Below, in pieces: positions 22,572-33,000 of a DNA stretch of 64,000 nt. This DNA comes from Escherichia coli. GTDB lineage: Bacteria; Pseudomonadota; Gammaproteobacteria; Enterobacterales; Enterobacteriaceae. Every line of letters starts with the position of its first letter. Position 1 is the stretch's first letter. The position numbers and the translations under genes are program-made. The DNA is taken from NCBI RefSeq assembly GCF_003334305.1, contig NZ_QOWS01000016.1; one strand, 5' to 3'. Below the pieces are notes generated by a model. That model saw nothing but the letters and a program-made list of their open reading frames with translations. It was not told the DNA's origin and made no database searches.

Positions 22572-24224
22572 TTACGCGCTCAACAGTTGCTTCATGTCTT
22601 CTTCAACAGTGGTGATAGAACGCAGGCCAAATTTCTCGTTCAGCACCGCCAGCAGGTCTGGTGTCAGGAAACCAGGTGCAGTCGGGCCGGTGACGATATT
22701 TTTCACGCCCAGAGAAAGCAGCGTCAGCAGAATGACGATCGCTTTCTGTTCAAACCAGGAGAGCACCAGCGACAGCGGCAGATCGTTGACACCGCAGCCC
22801 AGTTTCTCTGCCAGAGTGACAGCCAGAATAATCGCTGAGTAAGCATCGTTACATTGACCTGCATCTACCAGACGCGGCAGACCTTCGATATCGCCAAACT
22901 CAAGTTTGTTAAAGCGATATTTACCACAGGCCAGGGTCAGGATCAGGCAGTCATCCGGCACGCTGGTGGCGAAATCGGTGAAGTAGTGGCGCTCGCCGCG
23001 TGCGCCGTCACAGCCACCAAGCAGGAAGATATGACGCAGTTTTTCACGGCTCACCAGATCAATCAGCGTATCCGCTGCGCCAAGCAGCGTCTGGCGGCCA
23101 AAGCCCACGGTGATCAGGTGCGGAATTTCGCTGTACGGGAAGCCCGCCATTTGTTGCGCCTGGGCGATGACCGCAGAAAAATCTTCGCCATCCAGATGAC
23201 GCACACCCGGCCAGCCAACGATGCTGCGGGTCCAGATACGATCGTCATAAGCGCCTACGGTTGGGTCGATGATGCAGTTCGAGGTCATCACGATGGGGCC
23301 AGGGAAACGAGCGAACTCTACTTGCTGATTCTGCCAGCCGCTGCCGTAGTTACCGACCAGATGCTTGAATTTACGCAGCTCCGGGTAGCCATGCGCAGGC
23401 AGCATTTCGCCGTGGGTGTAGACATTAACGCCCGTGCCTTCGGTCTGTTCCAGCAGGTTGTAGAGATCTTTGAGATCGTGACCGGAAATCAGAATGCATT
23501 TACCCGCCGTCGCTTTGACGTTGACCTGGGTTGGCGTCGGGTGACCGTATTTACCGGTTTCGCCTGCATCCAGAATGCTCATCACTTTGAAGTTCATCTG
23601 GCCGATTTCCATTGAACACTCAAGAAGCGCGTTCATATCGGCAGGCCAGGTCCCCAGCCACGCCATGATTTTATGGTACTGGGCATAAATATCGTTGTCG
23701 TATTGACCGAGAACATGCGCGTGTTCCATATAGGCCGCCGCACCTTTCAGGCCATACAGGCACAGCAGACGCAGGCCGAGAATGTTTTCGCCAATCGCCG
23801 CTTTATCTTTGTTAGGGGTAAATTCTGCTGCCTGACGTTGCAGCTCGCCGAGATCGTCGCTCACCAGTTGCAGGTCAGCCATCGGGTTATCGACGCGCGC
23901 GTTGGCATCTACAGCCAGGCATTGCGCTTTCAGCGCCTCGCGCAGGGCAATCGCTTCACGAGCGTAGCCGACAATACGCGGAGAATCGAAGTTAACGTTG
24001 GTCAGGGTTGAGAAAAAGGCACGTGGCGCGAAGCTGTCAACATCGTGGTTGATGATGCCGTATTCACGCGCTTTTACCGCCCAGGCAGAAAGCCCTTGCA
24101 GCGCCGCGATGAGTAAATCCTGAAGGTCAGAAGTTTCCGCCGTTTTACCACACATCCCCTGCGCGTATGAGCAGCCGTTTCCTGCCGGAGTACGGATAGT
24201 TTGTTCACATTGCACACAAAACAT
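22572..24224 (-). CDS. hcp: Hybrid-cluster protein Hcp
   Basis: ORF track 22572..24230 trimmed to ATG at 24224 ([27 protein letters not shown]), 550 aa; N-terminal Cys cluster. Confidence 0.9.
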   Translation of the reverse strand: MFCVQCEQTIRTPAGNGCSYAQGMCGKTAETSDLQDLLIAALQGLSAWAVKAREYGIINHDVDSFAPRAFFSTLTNVNFDSPRIVGYAREAIALREALKAQCLAVDANARVDNPMADLQLVSDDLGELQRQAAEFTPNKDKAAIGENILGLRLLCLYGLKGAAAYMEHAHVLGQYDNDIYAQYHKIMAWLGTWPADMNALLECSMEIGQMNFKVMSILDAGETGKYGHPTPTQVNVKATAGKCILISGHDLKDLYNLLEQTEGTGVNVYTHGEMLPAHGYPELRKFKHLVGNYGSGWQNQQVEFARFPGPIVMTSNCIIDPTVGAYDDRIWTRSIVGWPGVRHLDGEDFSAVIAQAQQMAGFPYSEIPHLITVGFGRQTLLGAADTLIDLVSREKLRHIFLLGGCDGARGERHYFTDFATSVPDDCLILTLACGKYRFNKLEFGDIEGLPRLVDAGQCNDAYSAIILAVTLAEKLGCGVNDLPLSLVLSWFEQKAIVILLTLLSLGVKNIVTGPTAPGFLTPDLLAVLNEKFGLRSITTVEEDMKQLLSA

Positions 24225-24320
24225 GATCACACCTTTTAAAGTTATATTTAATATACATGTTTAAGGTTAAGACGCTTAACGCGGGGATAAAAGGGATTTT
24301 TCATGCAACTTTAAGGGAGA

Positions 24321-24334
24321 TTGATTTAGCGCAA
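24321..24334 (-). promoter_or_regulatory. FNR-like site upstream of hcp
   Basis: Minus-strand TTGCG-ctaa-ATCAA, 8/10 match to the FNR consensus, ~100 bp upstream of the hcp ATG. Confidence 0.3.
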
Positions 24335-24367
24335 TTTTGGCGGCAGGGATCTACCGCCAGAGAGGTA

Positions 24368-25267
24368 TTACGCAGAGAAAAAGGCGATGAGGATCGGCAC
24401 TAACAGGCTAAGAATAAAACCGTGAACAATTGCCGCCGGGACCATATCCAGCCCGCCAGTACGTTGAAGAACGGGCAGGGTGAAATCCATTGATGTGGCA
24501 CCGCATAAGCCCAGTGCAGTAGAGCGGCTGCGGCGAATCAGCCCAGGGATCAACATAATAGCAATCAGTTCACGGGCCAGATCATTAAAAAACGCCGCGC
24601 TCCCGATTACCGGACCAAAAGATTCGGTCAATAAAATACCGGAAAGAGAATACCAGCCGAAACCGGAGGCCATTGCCAGCGCGGTATTGATGGGGAGATC
24701 AAGAATAAAGGCGTTAATTAAACCACCAATTAATGAACTGACAACCACCACCACGGCGACAATCATTCCCCGGCGATTAAGGACAATCTGCTTTAAGGTC
24801 ATGCCATTATTGCGCAACTGAATACCAACGAGGAAAAGTAGCAAAATTAACGTGTATTCACTGGCTTCGGTCGCGTGTTGTAAGAAAGCCAGTCCACTCA
24901 GACCAATGGCAAAACCAATCACTACTACGCCGCACAGTTTTAGCGACTCCAGCGCCATCGCAATACGCGACGGGAGTTTTTCTTGCTGATGGTGGTTGCG
25001 CCACGGCAGGCCTCGCTCCAGCCACATCAGGGCGGCAATATTACACAGTAAAATAACGGTAATACTGACGGCAGAATAATGCAGAATCGCCAACAGGTTA
25101 CTGGCGAGGTTATCGAGAAACGCCAGACTGATACCCATAAAAAAGAGAATAAGGTAAACCATCCAGCTTAATAGCTGATTAATAACTTTTAACGCAGCTT
25201 GTTGGCGAAGCGGAATGAGGTAACCCACAATCAGGGGAACCAGAATGATTAACAGCCCAGAAAACAT
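24368..25267 (-). CDS. ybjE: Lysine exporter LysO (YbjE)
   Basis: ORF track 24368..25315 trimmed to ATG at 25267 (MFSGLLIILVPLIVGYLIPL...), 299 aa multi-TM protein. Confidence 0.8.
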   Translation of the reverse strand: MFSGLLIILVPLIVGYLIPLRQQAALKVINQLLSWMVYLILFFMGISLAFLDNLASNLLAILHYSAVSITVILLCNIAALMWLERGLPWRNHHQQEKLPSRIAMALESLKLCGVVVIGFAIGLSGLAFLQHATEASEYTLILLLFLVGIQLRNNGMTLKQIVLNRRGMIVAVVVVVSSLIGGLINAFILDLPINTALAMASGFGWYSLSGILLTESFGPVIGSAAFFNDLARELIAIMLIPGLIRRSRSTALGLCGATSMDFTLPVLQRTGGLDMVPAAIVHGFILSLLVPILIAFFSA

Positions 25268-25721
25268 GAAAACCCAGTCCTTGCAAAGATGAAGTCGAAA
25301 TGCGCGATGACACACTACTGAAAGCGGAAGGACGAGTAAAGTTGCAATTAAAAGGAAATGTTATGCATAAGGAGCAGTAGAGTATTCGTTTTCATTTAAA
25401 GATATTCTTGCGCTTTAATTACAAACTGCACCGATGTTGGTGGCGTCAAAATCGCCGAGGCGTTCCCTGAAGGCCGGGGCAGCCCACATGGATGTGGGCT
25501 GAGGGCGCGTTTTACAGGGATGTTACCTCGCGCCCGACCCGGTAGCCGTAAGGTATAAGTCGAGGGCACCGCGCAGCGGCGATTTTGTTCGCCAGAGCCC
25601 GGGGGTGCATGGGGCGGCGGCGATTGGCCGCCCCCTGCGCGCTCTTTGCGCCAGTGGCAATATGTGGCTTAGCTCATGAAAGGAGCGCAACAAGATGATG
25701 AATCAACATATAACAACATCT

Positions 25722-25750
25722 TAAAAAAAGGCCTGATATTACGCCAGGCC
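25722..25750 (-). terminator. Rho-independent terminator of aqpZ
   Basis: GGCCTG...CAGGCC stem; on the minus strand followed by a 7-nt T-run. Confidence 0.6.
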
Positions 25751-25761
25751 TTCTGCGTTAA

Positions 25762-26457
25762 TTAATCACGCTTTTCCAGCAGGGTCCGGTAAATCAGACC
25801 ACCGATAATGCCGCCGACAATTGGCACCACCCAGAAGAACCACAGTTGTTCTAATGCCCAGCCGCCCTGGAAGATAGCAACCGCGGTGCTGCGCGCCGGG
25901 TTAACAGAAGTGTTAGTCACCGGAATACTAATTAAGTGAATCAGGGTTAAGGCCAGACCAATAGCGATCGGCGCAAAACCTGCCGGCGCGAATTTGTCGG
26001 TTGCGCCGTGGATCACCAACAGGAAACCTGCACTCAATACCAGTTCAACTACCAGCGCGGAAAGCATGGAATAACCGCCTGGTGAATGCTCGCCATAACC
26101 GTTAGAAGCAAAACCGCTGGCTGCCGCGTCAAAACCCGTTTTACCACTGGCAATTAAATACAGCAGCGCCGCTGCAACAATACCGCCGACAACCTGGGCA
26201 ATTACGTAGCCAACGACTTCTTTTGCCGGAAAACGTCCGCCAGCCCATAAACCAATAGTGACCGCCGGGTTAAAATGACCACCAGAAATATGACCAACAG
26301 CAAAGGCCATCGTCAGAACGGTCAGACCGAACGCCAACGCCACGCCGGCAAAACCAATGCCTAATTCCGGGAAGCCTGCGGCCAGAACAGCACTACCACA
26401 GCCACCAAAAACAAGCCAGAAAGTACCAAAACATTCAGCTGCTAATTTTCTGAACAT
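25762..26457 (-). CDS. aqpZ: Aquaporin Z
   Basis: ORF track 25762..26463 trimmed to ATG at 26457 ([19 protein letters not shown]...), 231 aa; both NPA motifs present (HFNPAVT, VNPARS). Confidence 0.9.
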   Translation of the reverse strand: MFRKLAAECFGTFWLVFGGCGSAVLAAGFPELGIGFAGVALAFGLTVLTMAFAVGHISGGHFNPAVTIGLWAGGRFPAKEVVGYVIAQVVGGIVAAALLYLIASGKTGFDAAASGFASNGYGEHSPGGYSMLSALVVELVLSAGFLLVIHGATDKFAPAGFAPIAIGLALTLIHLISIPVTNTSVNPARSTAVAIFQGGWALEQLWFFWVVPIVGGIIGGLIYRTLLEKRD

Positions 26458-26882
26458 ATCCACCTCAATTAAAAATTGACCCTGTGAAAAATATGGTCGT
26501 TTTATAGGGTCGTCGTAAAAAAGTGACGACGGAAATAATGCGCGGCTATTTTAAAAACGAAGGCGAGTCATTCACCAGATAAATAAATCCAGTAAATTTG
26601 ATTTAGGGCAACAGCGGGTTGCCCCATATAGTCATTTGTCTGATTGACAGTGTAGTGCAAGCAAAAGATTTAATCCTTTAGGCGTAATAAAAAATAATTT
26701 ATCATGCTAATTATTTGATTTTGTTGTTTTTGCAGACTTATCAGCAAGAGGGAGTATAACGCGATTATTCGCTCATTTTTCAGACATTTGCCATGCTTAA
26801 ATGTGATGTCATCACGTATTAGCAAGGCCTTTCCCGTTATACTGCCAGCGTAAAGGATAAGTCACATATTTCTGGAGGGGAT

Positions 26883-28541
26883 ATGATTCTTGAGCGCGTT
26901 GAAATTGTGGGTTTTCGCGGTATCAACCGTTTGTCGTTGATGCTGGAACAAAACAACGTCCTGATTGGGGAGAACGCGTGGGGTAAATCCAGCTTGCTGG
27001 ACGCCTTAACCCTGCTGCTATCGCCAGAATCAGATCTCTACCATTTTGAGCGCGACGATTTCTGGTTCCCGCCGGGAGATATCAACGGGCGAGAACATCA
27101 TCTGCATATTATTTTGACCTTCCGCGAATCGCTGCCAGGCCGACATCGGGTTCGCCGTTATCGGCCGCTGGAAGCGTGCTGGACGCCATGCACCGATGGC
27201 TATCACCGTATTTTTTATCGTCTGGAAGGGGAGAGTGCGGAAGACGGCAGCGTGATGACACTGCGCAGTTTTCTCGATAAAGACGGACATCCGATTGATG
27301 TCGAGGATATTAACGATCAGGCACGCCATCTGGTGCGTTTAATGCCGGTGCTGCGCTTGCGTGATGCCCGTTTTATGCGCCGTATTCGTAACGGCACGGT
27401 GCCAAATGTTCCCAATGTGGAAGTCACCGCGCGCCAGCTCGATTTCCTCGCCCGTGAGTTGTCCTCACATCCGCAAAATCTCTCTGATGGACAGATTCGT
27501 CAGGGACTTTCCGCAATGGTGCAGTTGCTTGAGCATTATTTCTCTGAGCAGGGGGCTGGACAGGCGCGATATCGTTTAATGCGGCGGCGGGCCAGCAATG
27601 AGCAACGAAGCTGGCGCTATCTGGACATCATCAACCGGATGATTGACCGACCTGGAGGGCGCTCGTATCGGGTTATTTTGCTCGGCCTGTTTGCTACTTT
27701 ATTGCAGGCAAAAGGCACATTGAGACTGGATAAAGACGCGCGTCCGTTATTGCTAATTGAAGATCCAGAAACCCGCCTGCATCCGATTATGCTTTCCGTT
27801 GCCTGGCATCTGTTGAATCTTTTGCCTTTACAGCGTATTGCTACCACCAACTCTGGCGAGCTGCTTTCGTTAACTCCAGTGGAACATGTTTGCCGCCTGG
27901 TGCGTGAATCTTCTCGTGTTGCCGCCTGGCGTCTGGGGCCAAGTGGCTTGAGCACCGAAGACAGCCGCCGCATCTCTTTTCACATTCGTTTTAATCGTCC
28001 GTCATCGCTGTTTGCTCGCTGCTGGTTGCTGGTGGAAGGGGAAACGGAAACCTGGGTTATCAATGAACTGGCGCGTCAGTGCGGACATCATTTTGATGCC
28101 GAAGGGATCAAGGTCATTGAGTTTGCCCAGTCCGGGCTAAAGCCACTGGTTAAATTTGCCCGCCGAATGGGGATTGAATGGCATGTACTGGTCGATGGCG
28201 ATGAAGCAGGGAAGAAATATGCCGCTACGGTACGCAGCCTGTTGAATAACGATCGGGAAGCCGAACGAGAACATTTAACGGCGTTACCGGCGCTGGATAT
28301 GGAACATTTTATGTATCGCCAGGGATTTTCCGATGTGTTCCACCGCGTGGCGCAAATCCCGGAAAATGTACCGATGAATCTGCGCAAAATTATCTCGAAA
28401 GCGATCCATCGCTCTTCCAAACCCGATCTTGCCATTGAAGTGGCAATGGAGGCCGGACGTCGTGGTGTGGACTCCGTACCGACGCTGCTGAAAAAAATGT
28501 TCTCACGCGTGCTGTGGCTGGCGCGCGGTCGCGCGGATTAA
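26883..28541 (+). CDS. ybjD: OLD-family protein YbjD: N-terminal ABC-type ATPase plus C-terminal Toprim domain, predicted nuclease of unknown role
   Basis: 552-aa ORF with GGAGGGG RBS; Walker A GENAWGKSS (~nt 26967-26990); acidic Walker-B-like patch LLLIEDPE; Toprim glutamate in LLVEGETE (~nt 28035-28049) and DxD in VDGDEAG (~nt 28194-28205). Confidence 0.85.
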   Translation: MILERVEIVGFRGINRLSLMLEQNNVLIGENAWGKSSLLDALTLLLSPESDLYHFERDDFWFPPGDINGREHHLHIILTFRESLPGRHRVRRYRPLEACWTPCTDGYHRIFYRLEGESAEDGSVMTLRSFLDKDGHPIDVEDINDQARHLVRLMPVLRLRDARFMRRIRNGTVPNVPNVEVTARQLDFLARELSSHPQNLSDGQIRQGLSAMVQLLEHYFSEQGAGQARYRLMRRRASNEQRSWRYLDIINRMIDRPGGRSYRVILLGLFATLLQAKGTLRLDKDARPLLLIEDPETRLHPIMLSVAWHLLNLLPLQRIATTNSGELLSLTPVEHVCRLVRESSRVAAWRLGPSGLSTEDSRRISFHIRFNRPSSLFARCWLLVEGETETWVINELARQCGHHFDAEGIKVIEFAQSGLKPLVKFARRMGIEWHVLVDGDEAGKKYAATVRSLLNNDREAEREHLTALPALDMEHFMYRQGFSDVFHRVAQIPENVPMNLRKIISKAIHRSSKPDLAIEVAMEAGRRGVDSVPTLLKKMFSRVLWLARGRAD

Positions 28542-29530
28542 CCGCGAAACATCGTGGCCATTTGTGGCTGAATAGCGTCGAGCATCTCATAGCGCCGACG
28601 GTATTCAGCCCGTTTTTTACTGGCGATTTCGGCAATCTCTTTTCGTGCTATCTGTGCTGGAAGGCGGTAATGGCGTTCAGCATCACATACGCCGCCAACC
28701 GATTCCCAGAAAGCGTTGTAATCGGCATGGATCTTGCCTTCTTTATCACGATAACGCAGGCTGCGGTAAATATGCGTTTCATTGCTGACGGCAATAATCT
28801 GCTCTACCTGCAAACGTTGGGCAAACAGACAGGCCGCTTCCATCACGAGGCGTTTGGGAAATAGCCCGTGGCAGGCTTTCGTCGCATTCTGGATTTCCTG
28901 ATGTGGAATTTCCCATTTTGCGCCTTGCAGTCCGCCAATAAACATCGTTCTTTTCCCCTGATATTCACACAGGGTAAACGTGATCTCTGCCAGAGGAATA
29001 CCTTCGCTGTTGCGAAACAGGATTGTGCTGTCACCTTCTTTATCCATTGAGATCATCATGGTCAGCTCAAGCGTGAACTGCTCGCCGTTTTTGCCTTCCA
29101 GTTTAGCCAGTTGCAGCCCGGGGGTATTCAAATATAAGCTGAATTCTTCCGCCGACATACATCCGCGGAGTAACGCATAATGGTAACGTAACGCCTCCAG
29201 CAATTGCTTACGGCTAAGATTCGCCGCAAGGTAAGGGCGATGCAGACGCACAGGCAGTCGCGGTTGGCGCGTTAACAACACATTGAGATTAGGCCAGTGG
29301 GAAAGTTCGTTCATCCACTCAACGCTTAAACGCGGCATAATCAACGAGCGCAGCAAAAATTTCTGGCGAAAACTACGGCGATGCCAGAATTTACCCGGCC
29401 GACACTGTCCACGTGCCAGACTAAGAAAAAGTGACAGGCTGCTGAGAGATTCAGATGGCGTAAAGGTCCGTTCAGTTAGCTGCGACATATTCATGAAATC
29501 AATGGTTATACATGACGTCGATTTCACCAT
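28538..29530 (-). CDS. ybjX: VirK/DUF535-family protein YbjX
   Basis: 330-aa ORF; stop overlaps ybjD stop by ~3 nt (convergent). Alternative starts at ~29494/29488 (MNMSQLTER...) cannot be excluded; no clear RBS at any candidate. Confidence 0.7.
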   Translation of the reverse strand: MVKSTSCITIDFMNMSQLTERTFTPSESLSSLSLFLSLARGQCRPGKFWHRRSFRQKFLLRSLIMPRLSVEWMNELSHWPNLNVLLTRQPRLPVRLHRPYLAANLSRKQLLEALRYHYALLRGCMSAEEFSLYLNTPGLQLAKLEGKNGEQFTLELTMMISMDKEGDSTILFRNSEGIPLAEITFTLCEYQGKRTMFIGGLQGAKWEIPHQEIQNATKACHGLFPKRLVMEAACLFAQRLQVEQIIAVSNETHIYRSLRYRDKEGKIHADYNAFWESVGGVCDAERHYRLPAQIARKEIAEIASKKRAEYRRRYEMLDAIQPQMATMFRG

Positions 29531-29585
29531 TGCGTATCTTAACCAAACATCAATAGTGTGATTACTAACGTAAATTTTAGGGTTT

Positions 29586-29602
29586 TGTTGATATTTCGTT
29601 GA
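29586..29602 (+). promoter_or_regulatory. PhoP-box-like direct repeat in the ybjX-macA divergent region
   Basis: TGTTGA-tattt-CGTTGA hexamer direct repeat with 5-nt spacer, ~43 bp upstream of the macA ATG. Confidence 0.3.
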
Positions 29603-29644
29603 AGTTAATGACCCGGATTGGCATATGGAGTATTCAGAATATTT

Positions 29645-30760
29645 ATGAAAAAGCGGAAAACCGTGAAGAAGCGTTACGTTATTGCGCTGGTGATAGTCAT
29701 CGCCGGACTGATTACGTTATGGAGAATTCTTAACGCACCCGTGCCGACTTATCAGACACTGATTGTGCGCCCCGGTGATTTACAGCAAAGCGTGCTGGCG
29801 ACCGGAAAGCTGGACGCGCTGCGTAAGGTTGACGTGGGCGCGCAGGTCAGCGGTCAGTTGAAAACTCTGTCGGTGGCGATTGGCGATAAAGTAAAAAAAG
29901 ACCAGCTTTTAGGGGTTATTGATCCTGAACAGGCTGAAAACCAGATTAAGGAGGTCGAAGCAACGCTGATGGAGCTACGTGCGCAGCGGCAGCAGGCGGA
30001 AGCGGAGCTGAAACTGGCGCGGGTGACGTATTCCCGTCAGCAACGTCTGGCACAAACGCAGGCGGTTTCACAGCAGGATCTCGACACCGCCGCGACGGAG
30101 ATGGCTGTGAAACAGGCGCAAATTGGCACCATTGACGCGCAAATCAAGCGCAATCAGGCCTCTCTCGATACGGCTAAAACCAATCTCGATTACACTCGCA
30201 TCGTTGCCCCGATGGCCGGGGAAGTCACGCAAATCACCACTCTGCAAGGCCAGACGGTGATTGCCGCACAACAAGCACCGAACATTCTGACGCTGGCAGA
30301 TATGAGCACCATGCTGGTAAAAGCGCAGGTTTCTGAAGCGGATGTAATCCACCTGAAGCCGGGGCAAAAAGCCTGGTTTACGGTACTTGGCGATCCACTG
30401 ACGCGCTACGAGGGGCAAATCAAGGATGTACTACCGACGCCGGAAAAGGTTAACGACGCTATTTTCTATTACGCCCGTTTTGAAGTCCCCAACCCCAATG
30501 GTTTGCTGCGGCTGGATATGACTGCGCAAGTGCATATTCAGCTCACCGATGTGAAAAATGTGCTGACGATCCCTCTGTCGGCGTTAGGCGATCCGGTTGG
30601 CGATAATCGTTATAAAGTCAAATTGTTGCGTAATGGTGAAACACGCGAGCGTGAAGTGACGATTGGCGCACGTAACGATACCGATGTTGAGATTGTCAAA
30701 GGGCTTGAAGCGGGCGATGAAGTGGTGATTGGTGAGGCCAAACCAGGAGCTGCACAATGA
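29645..30760 (+). CDS. macA: Macrolide efflux membrane fusion protein MacA
   Basis: ORF track 29618..30760 trimmed to ATG at 29645 ([18 protein letters not shown]...), 371 aa; coiled-coil periplasmic adaptor. Confidence 0.9.
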   Translation: MKKRKTVKKRYVIALVIVIAGLITLWRILNAPVPTYQTLIVRPGDLQQSVLATGKLDALRKVDVGAQVSGQLKTLSVAIGDKVKKDQLLGVIDPEQAENQIKEVEATLMELRAQRQQAEAELKLARVTYSRQQRLAQTQAVSQQDLDTAATEMAVKQAQIGTIDAQIKRNQASLDTAKTNLDYTRIVAPMAGEVTQITTLQGQTVIAAQQAPNILTLADMSTMLVKAQVSEADVIHLKPGQKAWFTVLGDPLTRYEGQIKDVLPTPEKVNDAIFYYARFEVPNPNGLLRLDMTAQVHIQLTDVKNVLTIPLSALGDPVGDNRYKVKLLRNGETREREVTIGARNDTDVEIVKGLEAGDEVVIGEAKPGAAQ

Positions 30761-32703
30761 CGCCTTTGCTCGAATTAAAGGATATTCGTCGCAGCTATCC
30801 TGCCGGTGATGAGCAGGTTGAGGTGCTGAAGGGCATCACCCTCGATATTTATGCCGGTGAGATGGTAGCGATTGTTGGCGCTTCAGGTTCCGGTAAATCG
30901 ACCCTGATGAATATTCTCGGCTGTCTGGATAAGGCCACCAGCGGCACCTATCGCGTCGCCGGTCAGGATGTTGCCACACTGGACGCCGATGCGCTGGCGC
31001 AACTGCGCCGCGAGCATTTCGGCTTTATTTTCCAGCGTTACCATTTACTTTCGCATTTAACCGCCGAGCAGAACGTTGAAGTACCCGCCGTCTATGCCGG
31101 TCTTGAGCGGAAACAGCGGCTGCTTCGCGCCCAGGGGTTACTGCAACGACTGGGGCTGGAAGACCGTACAGAGTATTATCCGGCACAGCTTTCGGGTGGT
31201 CAGCAACAGCGCGTCAGCATCGCGCGGGCATTGATGAACGGCGGTCAGGTAATTCTTGCCGATGAACCAACCGGCGCACTGGACAGCCATTCTGGCGAAG
31301 AGGTGATGGCGATCCTGCATCAGCTGCGCGATCGCGGGCATACGGTGATTATCGTCACCCACGATCCGCAGGTCGCTGCTCAGGCCGAGCGGGTGATCGA
31401 AATTCGCGACGGCGAAATTGTGCGCAATCCTCCCGCCATTGAAAAAGTGAATGTTGCTGGCGGGACGGAGCCTGTTGTCAACACGGTGTCTGGCTGGCGG
31501 CAGTTTGTCAGCGGTTTTAACGAGGCGCTGACGATGGCATGGCGGGCGCTGGCAGCGAATAAAATGCGTACTTTACTGACCATGCTGGGGATTATTATCG
31601 GTATTGCGTCGGTGGTTTCCATTGTCGTGGTGGGTGACGCCGCCAAACAAATGGTGCTGGCGGATATTCGTTCTATTGGTACGAATACTATTGATGTCTA
31701 TCCCGGGAAAGATTTTGGCGATGACGATCCGCAATATCAGCAGGCGCTGAAGTACGACGACTTAATCGCCATCCAAAAACAACCGTGGGTCGCCTCAGCC
31801 ACACCTGCCGTCTCGCAAAACCTGCGCCTGCGTTATAACAATGTTGATGTTGCTGCCAGTGCCAATGGCGTGAGCGGCGATTATTTTAATGTCTATGGCA
31901 TGACCTTCAGTGAAGGAAACACCTTTAATCAGGAGCAGCTGAACGGTCGTGCGCAGGTCGTGGTTCTCGACAGTAATACTCGCCGCCAGCTTTTCCCCCA
32001 TAAAGCAGATGTGGTTGGCGAGGTGATTCTGGTCGGCAATATGCCCGCCAGAGTCATTGGTGTGGCGGAAGAAAAACAGTCGATGTTTGGTAGCAGTAAA
32101 GTGCTGCGTGTCTGGCTACCTTACAGCACGATGTCCGGGCGAGTTATGGGCCAGTCGTGGCTGAACTCCATTACTGTCAGGGTAAAAGAAGGATTTGACA
32201 GCGCCGAGGCGGAACAGCAACTCACGCGTTTACTTTCACTGCGCCACGGAAAGAAGGATTTCTTTACCTGGAACATGGACGGCGTCTTGAAAACTGTTGA
32301 AAAGACCACACGTACTTTACAACTGTTTCTGACGCTGGTGGCGGTGATTTCGCTGGTGGTGGGCGGTATTGGTGTAATGAATATTATGCTGGTGTCAGTG
32401 ACCGAGCGGACGCGGGAAATTGGCATTCGCATGGCTGTAGGTGCGCGAGCAAGCGATGTTTTGCAACAGTTCCTGATCGAAGCCGTACTGGTTTGCCTGG
32501 TGGGTGGCGCGTTGGGAATAACTCTGTCACTGTTAATTGCTTTCACCTTGCAGCTTTTCTTACCCGGCTGGGAGATTGGTTTTTCACCGTTGGCACTGCT
32601 GCTGGCGTTTCTCTGCTCGACGGCCACCGGGATTTTATTTGGATGGTTACCCGCACGAAATGCGGCACGACTGGATCCAGTAGATGCTCTGGCACGAGAG
32701 TAA
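30757..32703 (+). CDS. macB: Macrolide efflux ABC transporter MacB (ATPase-permease fusion)
   Basis: 648-aa ORF overlapping macA stop (ATGA); Walker [10 protein letters not shown], signature LSGGQQQR, C-terminal FtsX-type permease. Confidence 0.9.
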   Translation: MTPLLELKDIRRSYPAGDEQVEVLKGITLDIYAGEMVAIVGASGSGKSTLMNILGCLDKATSGTYRVAGQDVATLDADALAQLRREHFGFIFQRYHLLSHLTAEQNVEVPAVYAGLERKQRLLRAQGLLQRLGLEDRTEYYPAQLSGGQQQRVSIARALMNGGQVILADEPTGALDSHSGEEVMAILHQLRDRGHTVIIVTHDPQVAAQAERVIEIRDGEIVRNPPAIEKVNVAGGTEPVVNTVSGWRQFVSGFNEALTMAWRALAANKMRTLLTMLGIIIGIASVVSIVVVGDAAKQMVLADIRSIGTNTIDVYPGKDFGDDDPQYQQALKYDDLIAIQKQPWVASATPAVSQNLRLRYNNVDVAASANGVSGDYFNVYGMTFSEGNTFNQEQLNGRAQVVVLDSNTRRQLFPHKADVVGEVILVGNMPARVIGVAEEKQSMFGSSKVLRVWLPYSTMSGRVMGQSWLNSITVRVKEGFDSAEAEQQLTRLLSLRHGKKDFFTWNMDGVLKTVEKTTRTLQLFLTLVAVISLVVGGIGVMNIMLVSVTERTREIGIRMAVGARASDVLQQFLIEAVLVCLVGGALGITLSLLIAFTLQLFLPGWEIGFSPLALLLAFLCSTATGILFGWLPARNAARLDPVDALARE

Positions 32704-32711
32704 TTTTTGAG

Positions 32712-32745
32712 ATAAAAATGCCAGCCGATCGGGCTGGCATTTTGC
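32712..32745. terminator. Bidirectional terminator between macB and cspD
   Basis: ATGCCAGCC-gatcg-GGCTGGCAT stem flanked by A-run upstream and T-run downstream. Confidence 0.65.
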
Positions 32746-32775
32746 CTTTAGGATGTACACAATGAGACAGAAGAG

Positions 32776-33000
32776 CTATGCGACTGCCGCTTCTACTTCG
32801 ACGGGCACAATAACACTGGCGTGATTGCCTTTTGGCCCCTGGTGGACATCAAACTGAACGGATTGTCCAGCTTTTAGCGTTCTGTAACCATCCATCTGAA
32901 TGGTGGAATAATGAGCGAAAATATCTTCGCCGCCGCCTTCAGGGCAGATGAAACCAAACCCTTTGGCATTGTTGAACCACTTAACAGTACCCTTTTCCAT
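32776..33000 (-). CDS. cspD: Cold-shock-like protein CspD
   Basis: ORF track 32776..33030 (TTG-extended) trimmed to ATG at 33000 (MEKGTVKWFNNAKGFGFI...), 74 aa; RNP1-like KGFGFI motif. Confidence 0.9.
   Translation of the reverse strand: MEKGTVKWFNNAKGFGFICPEGGGEDIFAHYSTIQMDGYRTLKAGQSVQFDVHQGPKGNHASVIVPVEVEAAVA

Noticed and set aside
26883-29530. ybjD-ybjX as a two-gene defence or toxin-antitoxin operon
   Set aside because: The genes are convergent, not co-transcribed, and ybjX is a VirK-like envelope-associated protein; any functional link is speculation. Reported only as separate observations.
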